From assembly GCA_040219025.1 (NCBI GenBank), contig JAVJTE010000015.1, positions 54,911 through 78,910 of the forward strand: a stretch of 24,000 nt of DNA. The letters run 5' to 3'. Below are positions 10,205-15,877 of this stretch, one piece after another (the stretch's first letter is position 1; every line of letters starts with the position of its first letter). A program made the translations under genes and the position numbers. This DNA is from Rhodospirillales bacterium (GTDB taxonomy: Bacteria > Pseudomonadota > Alphaproteobacteria > Rhodospirillales > HT1-32). Below the pieces are notes generated by a model. The model was not told where the DNA came from and made no database searches. It saw nothing but the letters and a program-made list of their open reading frames with translations.

Positions 10205-12346
10205 ATGTTTGGCACGTACAAGGCACCACTGCGCATTACCATCCTGACGACGGTTCTGGCCGTCGTTATCGGGTGCAGTGCCGTGCTTGTCGGGGCAAAT
10301 TTCTTTGAAGATCGCCGGATTATCATCGATTCCGCTGATAAATGGATGTCGTCAATTTCCGGCGAAACGGCACAGCGGCTTGAGCGGTTCTTTGACGAAG
10401 CACGGCTGATTGCGGACATTACCGCGGGTCTGCCGGCCGAAGCAATTTCACTGGATAAGCCCGATCTGGCACTGCAATACCTGACCGGAACCCTGCAGCG
10501 TCACGAAACAGCTTACAGTGCCTATATTGCGGACCGGAACGGTGCCTTTATCCAGGTGATAAATGTCGGGTCGCAATCCCCAGAGGTCAGCTCGACCCTG
10601 GGCTTTCCGGAAGATGTCCGCTTTGCCCGCCGCGTTATTTCGCGTGGCGTCTTCGGGGCCTACCAGCAATGGAGCTATGTCTCTCAGGACGGCTCGGTCC
10701 GGCAGGGCAAGACCGATACCAGCGTCACCTATGACCCCCGTGTAAGGCCCTGGTACGCCACCGCCCTGGCGGCCAACTTTACCGTCAATACCGAACCCTA
10801 TGTCTTCCAGAGCCTCCAGCGACCGGGCATCACCTTCTCCCGGGCGATGTCGTTTTTTGACGGCGCGGTCTTCGGTCTTGATATCAGCGTTGCGCAGCTC
10901 AGCGAATTTCTGCAGACTCAGCGATTTGGCGAGACCACCCATCTGGCAATCACCGACAACAGTGGGGTGCTGATCGCCCAGGACAGGGTACACGATTATC
11001 TTGATATTCTGGATGCGGCCTTCAGGAAACAGCGGATGCCGAAGATCGCTGATCTGAAAGACCCGATTCTGAAGGCCGGGCTGACGCTTGACCGTGTGAA
11101 GGATGACGACAAGACGGTCATTTTCGATTCCGACGAGGGTGACCAGATCCTGTCCTGGCGGGAAGTCAGCGGACCGGCGACAACCAACTGGGTCATCTCG
11201 GTTGTGGCCCCGGTCGACCAGTTTACCGGCCCGATGGTGGAGAGCATGTATCGCAGCATGCTGTTTGCCGCTGCCCTGATCCTGTTCGTTGCCATACCCT
11301 GTGTTACGGTACTGGCTGGCTGGATCACCCGGCCGATGATCCGGGTGGCGGAAGATGCCGACAAGATCCGCAAATTTGATTTCAGTGGCTACAAGCCGCG
11401 CCGGACGATTTTCAGGGAGATCGAGCAGCTGTCGAAATCGATGGCGGACATGCGCCAGACGATTGATGCCTTCTCGCGCTATGTCCCGAAAGACGTTGTC
11501 ATGAAGCTGATGCAAAGCGGACAGATTGCCCGGATTGGTGGCAGCCGGCAGCGGGTCACTCTGATGTTTACCGATATTGCCGGCTTCACGGATCTGTCGG
11601 AAGGTGCCGACCCGGAATTTCTGCTGGAGCATACGTCGGTTTATTTCGAGGCACTCACCAAGGCGATTTTCCTGCATAACGGTACCATCGACAAATTTAT
11701 CGGCGATGCCATCATGGCAGTCTGGAACGCCCCGCTGGAGGACCCGCTGCATATCGTTAATGCCTGTCGCGGGATCCTGGCCACGCGTCAGGCCTCTGAA
11801 GACCTGAACCGGCTGTATGAAGAAAAAGGCCGCCCTCTGCTGCATACCAGGCTGGGTCTGCATTCCGGTGATGCGGTGGTCGGGAATATGGGGGCGACCA
11901 GCCGGATGGGCTACACCGCGCTTGGCGATACGGTGAATCTTGCGGCCCGGCTTGAGGGGCTCAACAAATATTACGGTACCCAGATTCTGGTCAGCGATGC
12001 TGTCGTTGACGGTGCCGAAGACCGTTTTGTCTTCCGGATTGTGGATCGGGTGACACCGAAAGGAACGACGCAGCCCCTCGCGATATACGAGCTGATTGGC
12101 GCCTTTGAGCCGGAGGACGGTCCGGTCGTCGATCCGGAAACGCAGGCCTTTGTCGAACAGTTTTCCGGCGCGTTTGAATTTTATCAGGACGGCATGTTCG
12201 CCGACGCCTGCAAGCTTTTCGAGGCGCTGCAGAAACAGCGCCCCGATGACGGCCCGACAAAGGTCATGATTGACCGTTGCCAACGCTATATTGCCAGCCC
12301 GCCAGAGGGAATCTGGACCGGCGTGGAGAACTTTGACCGGAAATAA
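10205..12346 (+). CDS. Membrane adenylate/guanylate cyclase (TM - Cache-like periplasmic domain - TM - HAMP - class III cyclase domain - C-terminal TPR-like tail)
   Basis: 713 aa. N-terminal TM (ITILTTVLAVVIGCSAVLVGA), a ~300-aa extracytoplasmic region (Cache-like: YDPRVRPWY...), and a second TM (MLFAAALILFVAIPCVTVLAGWI). HAMP (TRPMIRVAEDADKI...). Class III cyclase motifs VTLMFTDIAGFTDLSE, KFIGDAIMAVWNAP, RLGLHSGDAVVGNMG and YTALGDTVNLAARLEG. Confidence 0.9.
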   Translation: MFGTYKAPLRITILTTVLAVVIGCSAVLVGANFFEDRRIIIDSADKWMSSISGETAQRLERFFDEARLIADITAGLPAEAISLDKPDLALQYLTGTLQRHETAYSAYIADRNGAFIQVINVGSQSPEVSSTLGFPEDVRFARRVISRGVFGAYQQWSYVSQDGSVRQGKTDTSVTYDPRVRPWYATALAANFTVNTEPYVFQSLQRPGITFSRAMSFFDGAVFGLDISVAQLSEFLQTQRFGETTHLAITDNSGVLIAQDRVHDYLDILDAAFRKQRMPKIADLKDPILKAGLTLDRVKDDDKTVIFDSDEGDQILSWREVSGPATTNWVISVVAPVDQFTGPMVESMYRSMLFAAALILFVAIPCVTVLAGWITRPMIRVAEDADKIRKFDFSGYKPRRTIFREIEQLSKSMADMRQTIDAFSRYVPKDVVMKLMQSGQIARIGGSRQRVTLMFTDIAGFTDLSEGADPEFLLEHTSVYFEALTKAIFLHNGTIDKFIGDAIMAVWNAPLEDPLHIVNACRGILATRQASEDLNRLYEEKGRPLLHTRLGLHSGDAVVGNMGATSRMGYTALGDTVNLAARLEGLNKYYGTQILVSDAVVDGAEDRFVFRIVDRVTPKGTTQPLAIYELIGAFEPEDGPVVDPETQAFVEQFSGAFEFYQDGMFADACKLFEALQKQRPDDGPTKVMIDRCQRYIASPPEGIWTGVENFDRK

Positions 12347-12363
12347 CCGGTCGGGATCAGGCG

Positions 12364-13659
12364 TTATTCGCCGAACACGCGCGTGAAGATCACGCCGATA
12401 TTCTTCGTGTGATAGGTCAGGTCGAAAATCGCCTCAAGATCAGCATCTGAAATATGGGCTGCGACGGCCTCGTCAGCTTTCAGCAAATCCAGGAAGCTGC
12501 CTTCGTTCGCCCAGACCTTCATGGCATTGCGCTGGACAGCCTTGTAGGCGTCTTCCCGGCTCATGCCGGACTGGGTGAGCGCCAGCAGCACCCGCTGCGA
12601 GAAGATCAGGCCACCGAGCTGATCCATCGCCTTCTGCAGGTTTTCCGGATAGATCACCAGTTTTTCGACAACATTTGCCAGCCGGTTCAGGGCGAAATCC
12701 AGTGTGACCGTGGCATCCGGTCCGATCATCCGCTCGACGGAGGAATGCGAAATATCGCGTTCATGCCAGAGCGCGACATTTTCGAGGGCCGGTGTTACTG
12801 CGCTGCGGACAATCCGGGCCAGACCGGTCAGGTTTTCCGTCAGCACCGGGTTGCGCTTGTGCGGCATTGCCGACGAGCCTTTCTGGCCGGGCGCAAAATA
12901 CTCCTCGGCTTCGCGCAGCTCGGTGCGCTGCAGATGCCGGATCTCGGTTGCCAGGTTCTCCACCGACGAGGCAATGACGCCGAGGGTTGCAAAATACATG
13001 GCATGACGATCACGCGGAATGACCTGGGTCGAGACAGGCTCGACCTCAAGGCCGAGTTTCCTTGCGACATGCTCCTCGACGGCGGGATCGATATTGGCAA
13101 AGGTGCCAACTGCGCCGGAAATGGCGCAGGTTGCGATTTCCTTCCGGGCGGCGATCAGACGGTCGCGGTTGCGGGCAAACTCGGCATGAAAGCGGGCGAA
13201 TTTCAGCCCCATCGTCACCGGTTCGGCATGGATGCCGTGGCTGCGGCCCATGCAGACCATATCCCGGGTTTCATAAGCGCGTTTCTTCAGCGCTTCCAGC
13301 ACCCGGTCGATATCTTTCAGCAGAATGTCGGTCGCCTGCGTCAGCTGGACCGAAAGGCAGGTATCCAGCACGTCACTGGATGTCATGCCCTGATGAACGA
13401 AGCGGGCTTCATCGCCGACATGTTCTGCCAGATTGGTCAGAAAGGCGATGACATCATGTTTGGTCTCGCGCTCGATCTCGTCAATCCGGTCGACGTCAAA
13501 GGCGCCCCGTTCCCAGACCGCTTTCGCCGCTTCCTTCGGGATCACGCCGAGTTCGGCCTGTGCATCACAGGCATGGGCTTCAATTTCAAACCAGATCCGG
13601 AACTTGTTCTCCGGTTCCCAGATCGCGGTCATTTCGGGGCGTGAATAACGGGGGATCAT
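12364..13659 (-). CDS. purB: Adenylosuccinate lyase
   Basis: 431 aa, SD AGGAG. MIPRYSRPEMTAIWEPENKF..., the fumarate-lyase signature GSSAMPHKRNP, and the C-terminal ADSL domain. Confidence 0.97.
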   Translation of the reverse strand: MIPRYSRPEMTAIWEPENKFRIWFEIEAHACDAQAELGVIPKEAAKAVWERGAFDVDRIDEIERETKHDVIAFLTNLAEHVGDEARFVHQGMTSSDVLDTCLSVQLTQATDILLKDIDRVLEALKKRAYETRDMVCMGRSHGIHAEPVTMGLKFARFHAEFARNRDRLIAARKEIATCAISGAVGTFANIDPAVEEHVARKLGLEVEPVSTQVIPRDRHAMYFATLGVIASSVENLATEIRHLQRTELREAEEYFAPGQKGSSAMPHKRNPVLTENLTGLARIVRSAVTPALENVALWHERDISHSSVERMIGPDATVTLDFALNRLANVVEKLVIYPENLQKAMDQLGGLIFSQRVLLALTQSGMSREDAYKAVQRNAMKVWANEGSFLDLLKADEAVAAHISDADLEAIFDLTYHTKNIGVIFTRVFGE

Positions 13660-13839
13660 GACAGTCTCCTGAATAGGTCGGCGGGAACATATCAGAGCAC
13701 CCGGAATTTCAAAGCGTTCGGACCATGATAATTGCGGCGCAGGCTGTTCCGTGCTGATTTATGAATTGCCTGTCTGTGGCTGTTTCGATCGAATGGCAGG
13801 ATAAACAGGTCCTGCTGCCAGCGGGACGGAGAGAACAAA

Positions 13840-14823
13840 TTGAGTGAGCCACTTCCCGATATTCCCCTGATCGACCTGCGCAGCCGGTCCACACCGCATA
13901 TGGTCGAGGCTTTTCCGGCGCTGATCGACGACATTCTCGAAACGGCAACTAGGCATTATTCCCGGCCCGGCATTCAGATTGCCGATGCGATTTCCCGTCA
14001 CTGGCTTGCCCGGTGCAACACCCCCTATAAATATGAAATTGCCGAAATTGCCCGCCGGGTTGCCCGGCCGGGCGCAACCATGCTCAATCTCAGTTTCGAG
14101 TGGGCCTGTACCACATCGGCGTATGAGGACCCGGTTGCCGGGGGCGTGCGCCTGCTGCGGACACTGGACTGGCCGCTTGCGTCGCTGGGCAGAACTCTCG
14201 TTGCGGTCATCATGACCGGCCGGACGGGAGATTACGTCAGCATCACATGGCCCGGATTTGCCGGTGTCCTGACGGCGGTGGCAAAGGGCCGGTTTGCCGT
14301 TGCAATCAATCAGCCGCCATTGATGCGAACGGGACTCGGTCATCCGGCAGACTGGATGGCAACCCGGGCCCGTGTCTGGATGGGCGGCACCCTGCCACCG
14401 GCGCATCTGCTCCGCAAAGTAATGGAGCACTGTGCCACTTTCGATGAGGCGAGGGAAATGCTGGCCCGGACGCCGGTTGCCCTGCCGGTGTTCTATACCC
14501 TGGCTGGCCTGCAGCCGGGGCAGGGGGCTGTCATCGAACGCAAGGCTGACAGCGCAAGGATACGCGACGGCAGCGTGGTCGCGGCCAATCACTGGGTTGA
14601 TTTCGATCATCCGGGCGACCGCGGACGCAACAGCCGGGACCGTCTCGTTGCCCTGACGGATATGAACAGTGTTACAGAGCCGATGGAATGGCTGGTGGCA
14701 CCGGTGCTGAACCCGGATACCCGTCTTGCCTTTGAGGCCAATCCGTCAACCGGCGCCTTCCGCGTTCAGGGGTGGGAGAGCAGCGGCCCGGCAACGAATA
14801 TCCTTGAAGGCACTGCCCCCTGA
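13840..14823 (+). CDS. Ntn-hydrolase superfamily protein, acid ceramidase / NAAA-like (choloylglycine-hydrolase clan)
   Basis: 327 aa, TTG start 7 nt after GGAGAG (alternative ATG at 13900). By eye it aligns to human acid ceramidase blocks. LSFEWACTTSAYEDPVAGGVRLLRTLDW matches [26 protein letters not shown], with Cys90 as the candidate nucleophile. WPGFAGVLTAV..GRFAVAINQ matches FAGYVGMLTGF..GLFSLTLNE, and FDEAREMLARTPVALPVFYTLAG..PGQGAVIER matches [32 protein letters not shown]. Confidence 0.75.
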   Translation: MSEPLPDIPLIDLRSRSTPHMVEAFPALIDDILETATRHYSRPGIQIADAISRHWLARCNTPYKYEIAEIARRVARPGATMLNLSFEWACTTSAYEDPVAGGVRLLRTLDWPLASLGRTLVAVIMTGRTGDYVSITWPGFAGVLTAVAKGRFAVAINQPPLMRTGLGHPADWMATRARVWMGGTLPPAHLLRKVMEHCATFDEAREMLARTPVALPVFYTLAGLQPGQGAVIERKADSARIRDGSVVAANHWVDFDHPGDRGRNSRDRLVALTDMNSVTEPMEWLVAPVLNPDTRLAFEANPSTGAFRVQGWESSGPATNILEGTAP

Positions 14824-14896
14824 TTTCCAGAACGCGCCGTCATTCCCGAACCGGTGTCAGCCGGGCTGTCCGCGGCCTGCCGGGTTTGAGGAAAAC

Positions 14897-15415
14897 CTAG
14901 AGGTCGCCGAAATCGATGTAATCGGTATAACTGCGTTCCAGCCGCCGGAGCAGCTTGGTGCCGGCCTTGACCTCGTCCACATCGACGATTTCGCCGACAA
15001 AGCGTTCTGCCAGCTGGCCCTGCAGCGTGCCGATCAGGTCGCTGACCTGTCGGCCCTTGTCGGTCAGACAGATGGTGAAGGAGCGCTTGTCGTGCGGTGC
15101 GCGGGTCTGCGTCAGAAAGCCGAGATCAACCAGCTTCTTGATATTGTAGGACACATTCGAGCCGAGGTAATAGCCACGGCTGGTGAGATCGCGGATGACA
15201 ATCTCTTCCTCGCCGATATTGGCCAGCAGCATGGCCTGCACCGCATTGACCTCATTGATCCCGTTATTGATGAGTTCGTTGCGGACAACATCCAGCAGCC
15301 GCCGGTGCAGCCGTTCAATCAAACGCGTCAGGTCAAAATATTCTTTTGTCACGACATGAAGCGTACCCGTAACCGGGATGTCCGACAAGGCCTCCGCTTT
15401 CGCTGTGGTTGTCAT
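14897..15415 (-). CDS. MarR-like winged-helix transcriptional regulator
   Basis: The ORF is 14897..15475. I prefer ATG 15415 (Met21, MTTTAKAE...) because GGGGAG lies 4 nt upstream, whereas ATG 15475 sits inside a terminator-like hairpin loop. The wHTH pattern (VNAVQAMLLANIGEEEIVIRDLTSRGYYLGSNVSYNIKKLVDLGFLTQTRAPHDKRSFTICLTDKG) is MarR-family-like. Confidence 0.8.
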   Translation of the reverse strand: MTTTAKAEALSDIPVTGTLHVVTKEYFDLTRLIERLHRRLLDVVRNELINNGINEVNAVQAMLLANIGEEEIVIRDLTSRGYYLGSNVSYNIKKLVDLGFLTQTRAPHDKRSFTICLTDKGRQVSDLIGTLQGQLAERFVGEIVDVDEVKAGTKLLRRLERSYTDYIDFGDL

Positions 15416-15447
15416 CAGCTCCCCGGGCTCCGGTGAAAGACGGCCTG

Positions 15448-15488
15448 AAAAAGTTTGAGCGGAAGCGACTCTCATCGCTCCCGCTCAA
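15448..15488 (-). terminator. Intrinsic terminator / attenuator hairpin upstream of the MarR-like gene
   Basis: 15455-15462 pairs with 15481-15488 (8 bp) and 15464-15468 with 15475-15479 (5 bp), with one A/C mismatch and a 6-nt loop. On the minus strand the hairpin is followed by AC-UUUUU (complement of 15448-15454). The + strand has no T-run after the hairpin, so the polarity is minus. Confidence 0.6.
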
Positions 15489-15631
15489 CTGACGAAAGAT
15501 GCGTGTGGGGTAGGCGTGGCTCGGAGGGTCATGAGCCGCTCGCACTTTCGTCAGACTTTCTTGACCCGTTGAACTGGCTCCTCTGCACCTTTGCCGCAGG
15601 CAGAGAGGAGGCTGGTTCGACCGGCGAGTCG
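15448..15631 (-). ncRNA. Candidate structured RNA, unclassified (5' leader of the MarR-like gene or a stand-alone sRNA)
   Basis: A promoter-like element lies upstream and a terminator at the 3' end. There are three hairpin modules, including a 10+4+5 bp compound stem at 15489-15554. Unpaired C-rich segments on the minus strand are AUGACCCUCC (apical loop) and ACGCCUACCCCACA (internal loop). No family assignment is possible without a covariance-model search. Confidence 0.35.
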
Positions 15632-15635
15632 TAAG

Positions 15636-15760
15636 TATTAATACGATCTTGTTATTTAGTTGTAAACAGTATTTTGATTTAAATATTTGTGATATATTTA
15701 TAATCAATAATAATAAAATATATCTAAAATTTTATCTATCTGCAGTTTTGAACACAATTG
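15636..15760. other. Extreme AT-rich island in a divergent intergenic region
   Basis: Hand count gives 19 G/C in 110 nt (15641-15750), about 17% G+C, against roughly 60% elsewhere. Contains (AAT)3, AAATATTT and AAAATTTT tracts. No ORF with coding character. Confidence 0.9.
15638..15666 (-). promoter_or_regulatory. Sigma70-like promoter candidate for the structured RNA / MarR-like gene
   Basis: Minus strand reads TTTACA (complement of 15661-15666), a 17-bp spacer, then TATTAA (complement of 15638-15643). This predicts a start near 15631. The surrounding DNA is so AT-rich that alternative hexamers exist. Confidence 0.3.
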
Positions 15761-15877
15761 GTCCGGGCTGCCAGAGTCAAATGGCGCTGTCTGGCAAGTC
15801 CAATTTCTGGCTATATCAGCGGCGTAATGGTGGATAGCCTCCTGCTTTCCGCGCTGGACAGAATGATGGAGAATCCG

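Noticed and set aside
10448-12283. A 611-aa ORF antisense to the cyclase gene. Similar long antisense or out-of-frame ORFs occur at 16310..18016 (568 aa), 21823..23433 (536 aa), 22773..23504, 12454..13644 (396 aa), 7871..8806 (311 aa), 5592..6515 (307 aa), 7059..7763 and 13759..14610.
   Set aside because: Each lies entirely opposite or out of frame to a gene with unmistakable family motifs. Their translations are low-complexity and rich in R/G/P/H/D/Q, with no recognisable domains. Such shadow ORFs are expected in ~60% GC DNA, where stop codons are rare on the antisense strand.
12341-12368. AATAAC...GTTATT inverted repeat spanning the convergent stop codons of the cyclase and purB, considered as a possible bidirectional terminator.
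   Set aside because: It is only a 6-bp AT-rich stem with a 15-nt loop and no U-tracts, too weak to call.
13784-13793. Perfect 10-bp palindrome TTCGATCGAA in the purB / ceramidase-like divergent intergenic region, considered as a possible operator.
   Set aside because: The flanks do not extend the dyad. A 10-bp palindrome in a ~180-bp region is not far from chance expectation (roughly 0.2 by a simple estimate). No second copy was seen in the window.
15611-15625. T-loop-like GGTTCGACC string suggesting a tRNA or tmRNA fragment.
   Set aside because: No flanking 5-bp T-stem, acceptor stem, anticodon arm or CCA context could be built on either strand, and no tmRNA tag reading frame is nearby.
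15455-15630. Possible Moco riboswitch, considered because a molybdoenzyme gene lies ~250 bp away on the + strand and the segment contains CCTCTGCACCT and (minus strand) CCCTCCGAGCC strings that reminded me of Moco-motif sequences.
   Set aside because: I cannot reproduce the Moco consensus architecture here from memory. The only terminator has minus-strand polarity, pointing away from the molybdoenzyme gene. An AT-rich promoter-like tract separates the element from that gene. It is left as an unclassified structured RNA, and Rfam RF01055 cmsearch would settle it.
15758-15877. N-terminal extensions offered by the ORF track: the molybdoenzyme from 15758, gatB from 19699, gatC from 18100, the NRDE protein from 9668 and the MarR-like protein from 15475.
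   Set aside because: The extensions overlap upstream genes or structured/AT-rich non-coding DNA, lack Shine-Dalgarno sequences and are not family-typical. In each case an internal start with an SD and a canonical N-terminus is available.
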